Positions 1 to 9,626 of a stretch of DNA of 64,000 nt are shown here, one piece after another (position 1 is the first letter of the stretch; each line of letters begins with the position of its first letter). This DNA is from Bacteroidota bacterium (GTDB taxonomy: Bacteria; Bacteroidota; Bacteroidia; 2-12-FULL-35-15). The position numbers and the translations under genes were made by a program. The notes beneath the pieces were generated by a model. It was not told the DNA's origin. It did no database searches and saw only the letters and a list, made by a program, of their open reading frames with translations. The DNA lies in contig CANNHN010000005.1 of assembly GCA_947504725.1 (NCBI GenBank), positions 37,704 to 101,703 of the forward strand, read 5' to 3'.

Positions 1-104
1 AATATGATCGTCAAGACAGAATCGTTAAAGTCATTTCCAATGCTGTAAATTCTCCATCTGAATTGCGTTTTAAAGGTGTGGTGCTGAAACCCAAGAAAAA
101 ATAA
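1..104 (+). CDS. 3' end of a DUF1573-like protein (partial, runs off window start)
   Basis: Frame from nt 3 reads YDRQDRIVKVISNAVNSPSELRFKGVVLKPKKK* (TAA 102-104), resembling the 'V.SNA.NSP..L..KG.V' C-terminus of DUF1573 proteins. Confidence 0.55.
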   Translation, partial: YDRQDRIVKVISNAVNSPSELRFKGVVLKPKKK

Positions 105-174
105 ACCTGTCCGTCTGTCGGTTTATGTAATAATTAAAATACTAACTTTGGGCACTTTTTAAAACAAACTAAAA

Positions 175-1374
175 ATGCCAAAAGTATCTTCCAAAGGCAA
201 TTCAATGCCTTCGTCACCCATTCGTAAATTAGTTCCATTTGCAGAAGCAGCAAAAAAACGCGGGACAAAAATATATCATTTGAATATCGGTCAGCCCGAT
301 ATTGAAACGCCTGAGGCAATGCTCAACGCGATTAAGAATGCTGATATTAAAGTGTTGGAATATTCTCATTCTGCAGGAATCGAATCGTACAGAAAAAAAT
401 TAGCAGGATATTACGGAACCTTCAATATAAATATTGATGAAAATGATATTATTATTACAACAGGTGGTTCTGAAGCAATCTCCATTGCAATGATGGCTTG
501 CTTTAATGATGGAGATGAAATTATTATTCCAGAACCTTTTTATGCAAACTACAATGGATTTTCTTGTGCTGCTGATGTAAAAGTAGTTCCGGTAAAATCA
601 TTTATTGAAACAGGTTTTGCATTGCCACCAATTGCTGAATTCGAAAAATTAATTACTCCCAAAACAAAAGGGATTATGATTTGTAACCCCGGAAATCCTA
701 CTGGATACTTGTATTCACGAGAAGAGTTGGAATCATTAAAGCAATTGGTGTTGAAATACGATTTATTTTTATTGAGTGATGAGGTGTACCGCGAATTTTG
801 TTACGATGGAAAAGAATATGTTTCTGTAATGCATCTATCCGGAATTGATAATAATGTGATTTTATTGGATTCAATCTCAAAACGTTATAGTGCTTGTGGT
901 GCTAGAATCGGAGCGCTGATTTCGAAAAACAAAGAAGTGATGTCGACTGCAATGAAATTTGCACAAGCACGATTGAGTCCACCAACATTCGGACAAATAG
1001 GAGCTGAAGCGGCTTTGAATACTCCTAAAGAATATTTTGATAAAGTACAAAAGGAATACGTATCCCGAAGAGATTTTGTTATTGAAGCATTGAATAAAAT
1101 GGAAGGAGTGTTTTGTCCGAATCCTAGTGGAGCTTTTTATTGCATCGCTCGTTTGCCGATTGATAATTCAGATAAATTTTGTCAATGGTTATTAGAATCG
1201 TTTCAACACGATGGTAAAACTGTGATGTTGGCTCCAGCAACAGGCTTTTATTCCACACCTGGCGCAGGAACAAATGAAGTTCGTTTGGCTTATGTATTAA
1301 ATAAAGAAGATTTGAAAAATGCGATGATTTGTCTGCAAGAAGCCTTGAAAGTCTATCCAGGAAAGATAAACTAA
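175..1374 (+). CDS. PLP-dependent class I/II aminotransferase (aspartate aminotransferase-like)
   Basis: NIGQPD, NPGNPTG, SDEVY and DSISKRYSACGARIG (PLP lysine) motifs. Confidence 0.93.
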   Translation: MPKVSSKGNSMPSSPIRKLVPFAEAAKKRGTKIYHLNIGQPDIETPEAMLNAIKNADIKVLEYSHSAGIESYRKKLAGYYGTFNINIDENDIIITTGGSEAISIAMMACFNDGDEIIIPEPFYANYNGFSCAADVKVVPVKSFIETGFALPPIAEFEKLITPKTKGIMICNPGNPTGYLYSREELESLKQLVLKYDLFLLSDEVYREFCYDGKEYVSVMHLSGIDNNVILLDSISKRYSACGARIGALISKNKEVMSTAMKFAQARLSPPTFGQIGAEAALNTPKEYFDKVQKEYVSRRDFVIEALNKMEGVFCPNPSGAFYCIARLPIDNSDKFCQWLLESFQHDGKTVMLAPATGFYSTPGAGTNEVRLAYVLNKEDLKNAMICLQEALKVYPGKIN

Positions 1375-1397
1375 GTCATTTTTCATAACAATACAGC

Positions 1398-1435
1398 ATC
1401 CCATCCGTACAATGTATAGATGGGATTTGCTTTTT
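1398..1435 (+). terminator. Intrinsic terminator after the aminotransferase
   Basis: ATCCCATC...GATGGGAT stem followed by TTGCTTTTT. Confidence 0.7.
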
Positions 1436-1483
1436 AGCTCAAAATGGTTAATTTAGCTATCCCAAAACCTGTGGTAGGGCTAA

Positions 1484-2497
1484 ATGGATATATTAAAAAC
1501 ATATTTCTCTCTCAAAGTAAATGCTATTTTAATTCTTAGCATGTTGCTTTTCTTTGCTACTAAGTTAAGTGCTAAAAACATTGTTGGCGGACCAGAAGAC
1601 AGTGTTTCAACTTCATTAAAACCGAAAAGTTTAATCCAAAATATGAACCGTGAGCAGTTGAGCTCCTTGGTTGATTTCCTATTTGAAATGGATACTATTC
1701 CTAGGGATCTGATGAACGAAATCAATAAAGCAATTGCAACATTTAACAATGAAGACAATAAGAACGAGTCTAAAAACACAGTGACATCCATTTTTCCAGC
1801 ATCCGATATGTATGTTAGTTGGGAGATAAATAATTTATTTCCAGAAAAGGATATGCTGAAATTGAAAGGAGATACTTCTGTTGCTCTTTTGTTGAATGGT
1901 GGTGAACGAGGAGATTATTTTCATCCATTTAATGGGCCAATGACATCTGGTTTTGGCTGGAGAGATAGCGCTCAGCACAATGGTGTAGATATTGATTTAA
2001 ATAAAGGCGATAAAGTATGCGCAGCTTTTGATGGAATGGTCAGGATAGCAAAACGAAATGGTGGTTTTGGAAATGTTGTAATAGTTCGTCATTACAATGG
2101 TTTAGAAACGGTTTATGCACATCTTTCAAAATTAAAAGTAAAACCAGGTCAGGTAATTATTGCTGGGCAGGTTGTTGGATTAGGTGGCAGCACCGGTCAT
2201 TCAACGGGCTCTCATTTACACTTTGAAGTTCGATTTAAAGGTGTACCAATTAATCCTAAGTATTTAATTTCTTTCAAACAGCAACGATTATTATACGATG
2301 CAATTACAATTAAAAAAACAAAATGGGGCTTGGCGGCTTTCCCAACAGGAGGAGCTGAGCATATTGTAGAAAAGGGGGATACTGTTTTTGAACTTGCGAA
2401 AAGATATGCAACTACTACTGTTTCAATTAAAGAAATAAATGGTTTAACAGGTAGAGTAAGACTCAAACCAGGGCAGATAATTTGTATTGCTCAATAA
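1484..2497 (+). CDS. M23 family metallopeptidase with C-terminal LysM domain
   Basis: HNGVD, YAHLS and HLHFEVR zinc motifs; C-terminal HIVEKGDTVFELAKRY LysM; N-terminal signal sequence. Confidence 0.92.
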   Translation: MDILKTYFSLKVNAILILSMLLFFATKLSAKNIVGGPEDSVSTSLKPKSLIQNMNREQLSSLVDFLFEMDTIPRDLMNEINKAIATFNNEDNKNESKNTVTSIFPASDMYVSWEINNLFPEKDMLKLKGDTSVALLLNGGERGDYFHPFNGPMTSGFGWRDSAQHNGVDIDLNKGDKVCAAFDGMVRIAKRNGGFGNVVIVRHYNGLETVYAHLSKLKVKPGQVIIAGQVVGLGGSTGHSTGSHLHFEVRFKGVPINPKYLISFKQQRLLYDAITIKKTKWGLAAFPTGGAEHIVEKGDTVFELAKRYATTTVSIKEINGLTGRVRLKPGQIICIAQ

Positions 2498-2501
2498 GTA
2501 A

Positions 2502-2678
2502 TTATTCTGCATTCTTGTTCAGCTTATTTAGGCATCTCATAAAAGCATCTCTCATTCCCTCATATTGCGTTTCTCTTCCTAAGTTGCTTGTTCGATGTGC
2601 TTCATTGATAACTTCGTTTACGTGTACAATTTGCTGATTCAGCCATTGAACTACTTCTTTTAATTGTTCTGAGTTCAT
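2502..2678 (-). CDS. Small 58-aa hypothetical protein (not in the ORF track)
   Basis: Hand translation MNSEQLKEVVQWLNQQIVHVNEVINEAHRTSNLGRETQYEGMRDAFMRCLNKLNKNAE*; fills the gap convergent with the M23 gene; minus-strand TATTTTTG box at 2786-2793. Confidence 0.7.
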   Translation of the reverse strand: MNSEQLKEVVQWLNQQIVHVNEVINEAHRTSNLGRETQYEGMRDAFMRCLNKLNKNAE

Positions 2679-2793
2679 CGGTTTATAGTTTAGAGTTAAT
2701 GATTAGTACGGCAGTGTTTGTAATATAGTTTCGATAGATTATACTAAAGCCCCTTTTTTATGGATATTTGCAGTGAAATAATACACAAAAATA

Positions 2794-3441
2794 ATGTTTC
2801 GGAGCTTTGTTACACAGCTAGAGAGCCTTTTGAATAAGGAATTACCAGGAGAAAGTGCTCAGTTCTCGATGGCACCAGTTAATCGGATGCGTTTGCAAGA
2901 TATTTCTAAAGATAATTACAAACCAAAGCAAAGCGCAGTGCTCATTTTACTTTTTCCTGAAGCAAATTCAATTAAAACAATCCTCATTCAAAGAGGGAAA
3001 TATGAAGGAGTACATAGCGGTCAAATTGCTTTTCCAGGTGGACAATACGAGGAGGGTGATCTAGATCTAAAACAAACTGCTTTGCGAGAAACATTTGAAG
3101 AAATTGGAATTTCTTCCGAAAACATAAGTGTAGTGGGTTGTTTAACGGATGTGTATATCACACCAAGTAATTTTTTAGTGAAACCTTATGTTGGAATAAT
3201 GAATCAAAAGCCAAATTTCATTTTAGATTCAAATGAAGTTGCGCTTGTTATTCCAGTTGATTTATTGAGATTGAATAGCAAAGATATTCGGAAAGAAAAA
3301 TCGATTTTGCAGAGTGGTGGTTTCAAAATAAAAACCCCCTATTATGAAATAGAGGGTTTAACAGTATGGGGTGCAACAGCAATGATGATAAGTGAACTAA
3401 ATGCTGTTGTTGCTCAAATAAAAATTACTTCTTCTTATTAA
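2794..3441 (+). CDS. NUDIX CoA pyrophosphatase (NudL-like)
   Basis: HSGQIAFPGG...ALRETFEEIG Nudix box and C-terminal VWGATA. Confidence 0.9.
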   Translation: MFRSFVTQLESLLNKELPGESAQFSMAPVNRMRLQDISKDNYKPKQSAVLILLFPEANSIKTILIQRGKYEGVHSGQIAFPGGQYEEGDLDLKQTALRETFEEIGISSENISVVGCLTDVYITPSNFLVKPYVGIMNQKPNFILDSNEVALVIPVDLLRLNSKDIRKEKSILQSGGFKIKTPYYEIEGLTVWGATAMMISELNAVVAQIKITSSY

Positions 3442-4216
3442 AATCGGTCATGATATTATCATAACACAAATAATAACTTCCTTTCGAAAGGTTTGAGATG
3501 TCTAGTTTGTTTCCAAAACCACGCTTGATTACATTTCCGTAAGAATCAAAAACTTCATACATTGTTTCAGCTGAAAAATCAATAGCATCTGAAGTTTTGG
3601 TCATAGCATAAGTAGGTTGACCCGTAGCTGAAACAAAAAGCACATTCGTTGACGATTTTGCTAAATCTCCGTAACCAATTTGTTTAACTCTGAATTTGTT
3701 TTCACCAGAGTGAGCAGTTGTTTGAAAGGTATACGCATTGCTTACTAAAGAGCCTCCGCCTTTTACTTCACCAACTGGAATCCATTTGTTCCATCGGAAT
3801 TGCTCAACAACATAAGGCAATGAACCCATTTCGTTTTTAGTTGACCAATTCAAAACACCATTCTTATCTATATTAATATTGATTACTTCAAACGTAGCTT
3901 TTGGTTTTAATGCTTCAGGGTTTAATACTTTCGGGCTGCAATCATCTTTGTGACGAATTTCAACAATAACAGGTGTTCCGGGTATGATAGAAAATGCGGG
4001 AAAATCAATTTCAAACGCTGAGGAGTTTACTTCATCGGTTGATACTTTACCATTTATTGTAACTTCATATGTGCAAAATCCAACACCATTGCCAGCATAT
4101 CCATTTTGGATATATAAATTTTTGTCTTGATATTTACCTTCCACTACAATGATTCCAGAGAATCCATTGATAAATGAAATTAAAAATAAGGATGATAAAA
4201 GGAGTGTTTTTTTCAT
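3425..4216 (-). CDS. Secreted hypothetical protein with a T9SS CTD-like C-terminus
   Basis: Start at MKKTLLLSS (4216), because a -7 box lies at 4246-4253; C-terminus YEVFDSYGNVIKRG...LDISNLSKGSYYL resembles a type A CTD. Confidence 0.65.
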   Translation of the reverse strand: MKKTLLLSSLFLISFINGFSGIIVVEGKYQDKNLYIQNGYAGNGVGFCTYEVTINGKVSTDEVNSSAFEIDFPAFSIIPGTPVIVEIRHKDDCSPKVLNPEALKPKATFEVININIDKNGVLNWSTKNEMGSLPYVVEQFRWNKWIPVGEVKGGGSLVSNAYTFQTTAHSGENKFRVKQIGYGDLAKSSTNVLFVSATGQPTYAMTKTSDAIDFSAETMYEVFDSYGNVIKRGFGNKLDISNLSKGSYYLCYDNIMTDFNKKK

Positions 4217-4245
4217 TTTATGTTTAATGTTCGTCATTTCGTCTA

Positions 4246-4253
4246 CAAATATA
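4246..4253 (-). promoter_or_regulatory. Bacteroidota -7 promoter box TATATTTG
   Basis: Exact TAnnTTTG match on the minus strand, 30 nt upstream of ATG 4216. Confidence 0.65.
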
Positions 4254-4361
4254 TATAATTAATCGAAGACTTATCCTATTTTTTTTTGAAAAATTGCAAA
4301 AGAAAAATTCAATAAAACACTTAATGTGTTGAAAATCAACTATTTGAATTTAATGCGATAA

Positions 4362-4559
4362 TTAAAGAAGTAATAGATGTTTAAGCTTTACTATACCATA
4401 CAAGGCAAAAAATATAAATAATGCAAATAGCAATACTTTGTAGCTGCCTTTAAACAATATTTTATTATTGCCTTTATCTTTTCTATACGCCCAGATTATT
4501 CCGATTAGAAAAGACAGAAAAAAAAGTATTGCAAAAATTAATTGTCCGCGTGAAAACAT
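4362..4559 (-). CDS. Small two-TM membrane protein, conserved hypothetical of Bacteroidota type
   Basis: MFSRGQLIFAILFF...WAYRKD...FKGS pattern with two hydrophobic segments. Confidence 0.75.
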   Translation of the reverse strand: MFSRGQLIFAILFFLSFLIGIIWAYRKDKGNNKILFKGSYKVLLFALFIFFALYGIVKLKHLLLL

Positions 4560-4676
4560 TTTTTCTATAATTATCGACTACAAAAGTACTATTAAAATAG
4601 CATCGTTATTGAAAAAGAAAAAAATAATTAATTGTGTTATTTGGATTAAATTTACAACAAATTGAGTTTTGGAATT

Positions 4677-6800
4677 ATGAATAAGCTTAAAATAGGTGCA
4701 ATGCTAATGCTGTTATTTTTTTCTAGTAATAGTATTGCTGGAAAAATATCTAAAGCCTATGATGCATTAAGAATTTATAATTACTTTGAAGCAAAACGAT
4801 TATTCGAAAAGTCGTTAAAAAAAGAAACATCTCCTGCTGCATTTGGATTAAGCAACATTTATTATAGAACAGATAATCCGTTTTCAAATATTGATAGTGC
4901 TTACCAATACATAATTCTTTCAGAAAAAAAATTTCAATCACTTTCTACTAAAACTAAACTAAACTATCTGCTCTTTGGAGTATCTGAATTGTCAATTGAC
5001 TCTTTGAAAAACAAAATTCATAAAAAAGCTTTTGATTTTTATAAAAGTCAAAATACAATAGTTGCATTTGATAAATACATTTCTAATTATGTAACAGCTC
5101 CCGAATGTTTTGATGCGATAGCGTTAAGAAATGAATTGGCTTTCAATGAAACGAAAACATTAGACACCTATCAAGCATATGAAAGATTTATTGAAACGTA
5201 CCCATTCTCGGTCGAATTAAAAGAAGCAACAGAACGATTTTATCTGACAAAATTCAAATCACTCACAAAAAACAATACGATTGAAGCCTTTGAGCAATTT
5301 CTTGTTCAGGACCCTCAAAGTCCGTTTGCAGATGAAGCAAAAAATAAAATATTTTTTTTAGCTACAAAAAACGGAACAGTTGAAGAATATTATCAATTTA
5401 TTCAAAAATATCCGGATAATCCGAACGTTGATTATGCTTGGTTGACATTATATTCATTGTATACCGCGTCTTATGATCTTGCTTCTTTGTTGGATTTTAA
5501 AACTGAGTTTACAGATTTTCCTTTTAAGGATATTTTAAAAGAAGACATTGAATTGTGCAACAAAACTCTTTTACCTATTCGCGAAAATGGTAAGTGGGGA
5601 TTTGTTGATAGTTCAGGTTACACTGTTATTCCTTGTATATATGAGTGGGTCGAAAATTTTTCAGAAGGGCTAGCTGAGTGTGGATTAAATAATAAATCAG
5701 GATTTATTAATAAAGCTGGAAAACTAATTATTCCATTTTTGTATGAGCAGGTAGACGCTTTCAATAAAGGTTTTTCTGTAGTTAAGATAAATGAAAAGTA
5801 TGGTTTAATAAACAAGTTGGGTAAACGTATTTTGCAGTTTAGTTACGATGAAATTTCAGAATTTTCGGAAGGGTTTGCCACGGTTTCCATTGGTGATAAG
5901 TTTGGTTACATAAATGAGCAAGTAGAAATTGTAATCCCAATTAATTATACAAAAGCGTTTGATTTTAAGGAAGAATTAGCCGCTGTTGAAATTGGTGGAC
6001 AATCTGGTTATATCAATAAGTTTGGAGAAGTAATAATTGGATTTAAGTTTGATTGGGTTGATAATTTTAAAAACGGTTTGGCGAAGGTGAAGTCACTAAA
6101 AAAATTAGGCATCATTAATAAAAAAGGAGAATTTGTTTTGCCTTGTGAATACGATTTAATTGGTGATTATAAAAATGATTTAGTGATGGTGATGAAGGAT
6201 CAAAAATACGGCTTTGCAAATCGAGAAGGAAAACTAATTGTTCCACTTGAATTTGATTACAGTGGAAATTTTTCGCTGCCACTCGAATATAAAAATGGTT
6301 TTGCCGTTGCAGAAAAAAATGGCAAACAAGGCTTGATAGATATAACGGGAAAATATGTTACTGCTAAAGATTTTGATCGCATAGAGCCTTTTAGTGAAGG
6401 TTTTGCGCCCGTTATGAAAAAGGATAAATGGGGATTTATAGATGAGAAAATGAAATTAGTTGTTTCTTATACTTATCATTCTGTTCAACAATTTGAGGAT
6501 TGTATTTCTTCCGTTACAAAAAATAATAAAATCGGTTTTATTAATAAGTCTGGAAAAGTAGTAATCGATTTTCTATACGATGAATCAGACGATTTTGCAC
6601 ACTTTAATAATGGATTATGTGTCGTGATGTTAGATGAGAAAATGGGACTGGTTGATTTATCAGGAAAGTTAGTCGTTCCATGTGAAGTAGATCTAATTAC
6701 AAAAGAAAAAGAAACTGTTTTTAAATTTGAGAAAAATTCAAAGATTGCATATTACAATAGTGCAACTAGAAGTTATATTTGGAAGGAAGTTGGATATTAG
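4677..6800 (+). CDS. WG-repeat (KWG) protein with N-terminal helical repeats
   Basis: Many 'GKWGFVD / KYGLIN / F.EG.A.V' repeats from about residue 310; signal peptide; ATG 4677 preferred over TTG 4662. Confidence 0.9.
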   Translation: MNKLKIGAMLMLLFFSSNSIAGKISKAYDALRIYNYFEAKRLFEKSLKKETSPAAFGLSNIYYRTDNPFSNIDSAYQYIILSEKKFQSLSTKTKLNYLLFGVSELSIDSLKNKIHKKAFDFYKSQNTIVAFDKYISNYVTAPECFDAIALRNELAFNETKTLDTYQAYERFIETYPFSVELKEATERFYLTKFKSLTKNNTIEAFEQFLVQDPQSPFADEAKNKIFFLATKNGTVEEYYQFIQKYPDNPNVDYAWLTLYSLYTASYDLASLLDFKTEFTDFPFKDILKEDIELCNKTLLPIRENGKWGFVDSSGYTVIPCIYEWVENFSEGLAECGLNNKSGFINKAGKLIIPFLYEQVDAFNKGFSVVKINEKYGLINKLGKRILQFSYDEISEFSEGFATVSIGDKFGYINEQVEIVIPINYTKAFDFKEELAAVEIGGQSGYINKFGEVIIGFKFDWVDNFKNGLAKVKSLKKLGIINKKGEFVLPCEYDLIGDYKNDLVMVMKDQKYGFANREGKLIVPLEFDYSGNFSLPLEYKNGFAVAEKNGKQGLIDITGKYVTAKDFDRIEPFSEGFAPVMKKDKWGFIDEKMKLVVSYTYHSVQQFEDCISSVTKNNKIGFINKSGKVVIDFLYDESDDFAHFNNGLCVVMLDEKMGLVDLSGKLVVPCEVDLITKEKETVFKFEKNSKIAYYNSATRSYIWKEVGY

Positions 6801-6802
6801 AA

Positions 6803-7675
6803 TTAAAGTTTTATTTTTTGTCCAAGCCTCAAAGTGCTAGTCGCTTTAATTCCATTCTTTTTACACAAAACTTTTGTAGTCGTTCCGTATCGCCTTGCTA
6901 TTCCTGAAAGTGTGTCTCCTTTTTTTACAGTATGTACTTTTTTTCCTTTTGAACTAGCATAATTTTTTGCTGCAGCTTTTTTCGCTTCTGATACATAATC
7001 AAATGTTGCCATGTCGATGCACAGCATGTTGGAGACTAATTTTTTATCATCAAAAGAAATTATTTCGGTTGGGTTTATCGGATGGCCTAAATAACGAACT
7101 TCAAAATGTAAATGGCTTCCACGTGAACGACCTGTATTTCCTCCTAGTCCAATTACATCACCCGCAAATACCTCTTGTCCTACTACAACATTTATTTTTG
7201 AAAGATGTGCATAATAAGTCTCTAATCCATTGTCGTGACGAACAACAATCACATTTCCATAACTTTTACTTTTTTTAGCGATTCTGATTTTACCATCAAA
7301 AGCCACATTTACTGAGTCGCCTGTTTCTAAATCGATATCTACTCCGTAATGGTAACGTTTTTTTCTAGGGCCAAATTTGGATGTTACTCTTCCTGAAAAT
7401 GGGTGAACATATCCACAGTTGTGTTCGCTATACAATGCAAATTCTCGTACACTATCATTCAACGATTTCATATCTGCTTTTGCCGTGTGAATGTTTGTAG
7501 TATCCCAACCAGAATATAAACCATTAGCTGGAAAAAAAATTACAGAATCAGTATGATCCATCATCTCGTCTTCGTCCATCGTAAATGGAATAGTGTCGAT
7601 AGTTGTTTGGGCACAAAGGAAATTAGTTGAAAAATGTATTGTGAAAAGAAAAAATATTAAAATAAATCGTTTCAT
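6803..7675 (-). CDS. M23 family metallopeptidase with C-terminal LysM (paralog of 1484-2497)
   Basis: HYGVD, YAHLS and HLHFEVR motifs; HTVKKGDTLSGIARRYG LysM. Confidence 0.92.
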   Translation of the reverse strand: MKRFILIFFLFTIHFSTNFLCAQTTIDTIPFTMDEDEMMDHTDSVIFFPANGLYSGWDTTNIHTAKADMKSLNDSVREFALYSEHNCGYVHPFSGRVTSKFGPRKKRYHYGVDIDLETGDSVNVAFDGKIRIAKKSKSYGNVIVVRHDNGLETYYAHLSKINVVVGQEVFAGDVIGLGGNTGRSRGSHLHFEVRYLGHPINPTEIISFDDKKLVSNMLCIDMATFDYVSEAKKAAAKNYASSKGKKVHTVKKGDTLSGIARRYGTTTKVLCKKNGIKATSTLRLGQKIKL

Positions 7676-7907
7676 ATAATATTAATTACCACTTCCGAAG
7701 CTCTTAAAGAGGTAATTCTATTATATAAATGTATTTATATAAGAATCACATTCGGTGTGTTCATTTGTAAATCAGCAAAATTGGTACAATCAGTATCCAT
7801 GTTTTTTACTTTCCAATAAAGTATCGGAATTACAAATATGTGCATTTTTTTGAGTTATGCAAGTGTTAATTATTGTTAAGCAGAAGTATTTTATACACAA
7901 ACAAATG

Positions 7908-8873
7908 TTAATGTTTAACAATAGCTTTGAAACGGTCGTCTGTAAGAGTTTCTAGAAATTCAAGTAAATCCGTTTTTTCTATTTTAGATAATGCAATAGG
8001 TTTTAAAAGTAATGTGTCTGAATTTATACTTCCTTTTACAAAATCTGATGGTGCATTGTAATAATCTATTACCTCTGAAAGTGTTTTAAACATTCCATTG
8101 TGCATATAAGGTGCTGTAACAGAAATGTTTCTTAACCCAGGCACTTTAAATTTTCCAATATCTGCGCTGTCTTTAGTCGCATCAAATCTTCCCATGTCCT
8201 TTAATTCTTTTGCATTATACAAACCAATGTTTCTGAATTGATCTCCCGTGAAGTCAGGGCCAAAATGGCAATCAAAACATTTCCCTTTTTCATTAAATAT
8301 TTTTTGTCCGCGTTTTGCAGATTCGCTGATTGCATTTGTGTCGTCTTTCATAAATCGATCAAATGGTGTGTCTCCCGTTTCAAGTGTCCGTTCGAAAGAT
8401 GCAATTGCATCTAGTAAATTAGTTCTGTTGGGTGATTCGTTGTATATTTTTTTAAAATATTTTTGATAATATTTGTTTGCAATTAATTTTTTTATTGCTT
8501 CTGCAATCGGTAAATTCATTTCTACTGGATTTTCTATTGGTCCAGCAGCTTGTTCTTCCAATGAAGTTGCTCTTCCATCGTGAAAAAAGAAATTTCTGGA
8601 ACTTTGGTTCATTGCACTTGGAGTGTTACGATTACCTGTTTTCCCGTTTACTCCTTTGCTGAAAGCAATAGTGTCTGAAAATGCATAACTTGGAATATGG
8701 CATGATGCGCAGCTAATTTCATTATTCTGCGAAAGTATTGGATCTGAAAAAAGTAGTTCACCTAATTCCTCTTTTTTAGCAGGTTCTCGTTTTAGTTCTT
8801 CTGGTGCACTTGAACTACATGCATTTATAAATAGTATACCTAGCGCGGCTATAAAAAGGAATATAGATTTCAT
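7908..8873 (-). CDS. Di-haem cytochrome c peroxidase (MauG/CcpA family) lipoprotein
   Basis: CASCH and CFDCH haem motifs, RNTPS, FKVPGLRN, PYMHNG; lipobox INAC; ATG 8873 because a -7 box overlaps the track's TTG. Confidence 0.92.
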   Translation of the reverse strand: MKSIFLFIAALGILFINACSSSAPEELKREPAKKEELGELLFSDPILSQNNEISCASCHIPSYAFSDTIAFSKGVNGKTGNRNTPSAMNQSSRNFFFHDGRATSLEEQAAGPIENPVEMNLPIAEAIKKLIANKYYQKYFKKIYNESPNRTNLLDAIASFERTLETGDTPFDRFMKDDTNAISESAKRGQKIFNEKGKCFDCHFGPDFTGDQFRNIGLYNAKELKDMGRFDATKDSADIGKFKVPGLRNISVTAPYMHNGMFKTLSEVIDYYNAPSDFVKGSINSDTLLLKPIALSKIEKTDLLEFLETLTDDRFKAIVKH

Positions 8874-8888
8874 TCGTTCATTTTTTGA

Positions 8889-8969
8889 CAAATGTAAACG
8901 ACAATTTCGTAATAAAAAACCTTGTTCTGCAATTTATAGTGATTACAAATAATCTTAATGTTATATTTG
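8889..8969. promoter_or_regulatory. Divergent -7 boxes (TACATTTG minus at 8889-8896; TATATTTG plus at 8962-8969)
   Basis: Two exact TAnnTTTG matches facing the peroxidase and cyclophilin genes. Confidence 0.65.
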
Positions 8970-9003
8970 TAAAAAACAATTTTAATTTAGAAAATATAAG
9001 CGT

Positions 9004-9441
9004 ATGAAAACAGCAGAAATAGTTACAGCAAAAGGAACAATGAAGGTTGAGTTTTATGAAAAAGATGCACCAGGAACGGTGAAAAATTTTTGTGATTTAG
9101 CCCAAAAAGGATTTTATGATGGATTAACATTCCATAGAGTTATTCCTGGATTTGTTATTCAAGGAGGATGTCCAAATGGAACTGGAGCAGGCGGACCAGG
9201 ATATAACATTAAATGTGAGTTGGATGGCGATAATCAATTTCATGATAAAGGAGTTTTATCGATGGCACATGCTGGAAGAGATACAGGTGGTTCTCAGTTT
9301 TTTGTTGTTATTAGTAGAGCACAAACGGCTCACTTGGATAGAAAACATACCTGTTTTGGTAAGGTAGTTGAAGGATTAGATGTAATTGAGCAAATTCGAG
9401 GCGGTGATGTAATTTCGAAAATCGTTATTCACGAAAACTAA
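9004..9441 (+). CDS. Cyclophilin-type peptidyl-prolyl isomerase
   Basis: FYDGLTFHRVIPGFVIQGG, MAHAGRDTGGSQFF, HTCFGKV. Confidence 0.95.
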   Translation: MKTAEIVTAKGTMKVEFYEKDAPGTVKNFCDLAQKGFYDGLTFHRVIPGFVIQGGCPNGTGAGGPGYNIKCELDGDNQFHDKGVLSMAHAGRDTGGSQFFVVISRAQTAHLDRKHTCFGKVVEGLDVIEQIRGGDVISKIVIHEN

Positions 9442-9510
9442 GACAAAAGTCCGTTAGAAATTGAATTATACCTTTCGTGTATTTATTTAAACAAATAATA
9501 GTTTCTAACG

Positions 9511-9518
9511 TAAATTTG
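9511..9518 (+). promoter_or_regulatory. -7 box TAAATTTG upstream of the M61 peptidase operon
   Basis: Exact consensus match about 110 nt before ATG 9627. Confidence 0.5.
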
Positions 9519-9563
9519 TAAAGAATTAATCTGAAATTGATTTTTTGTACAGGTTATTCAAAA

Positions 9564-9600
9564 AAGGGAATGGTATCGTAGCAGCCATTCCCTTATTACT
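9564..9600 (+). terminator. Stem-loop with T-rich tail between the cyclophilin and M61 genes
   Basis: AAGGGAATGG...CCATTCCCTT 10-bp stem followed by ATTACTTTTT. Confidence 0.55.
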
Positions 9601-9626
9601 TTTTATCTTTAATATAAAATGTTAAA

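Noticed and set aside
1403-1420. TCCGTAC resembling the operator half-site
   Set aside because: It lies in the loop of the aminotransferase terminator
2704-2711. TAGTACGG resembling half of the operator palindrome
   Set aside because: No matching left half or flanking similarity
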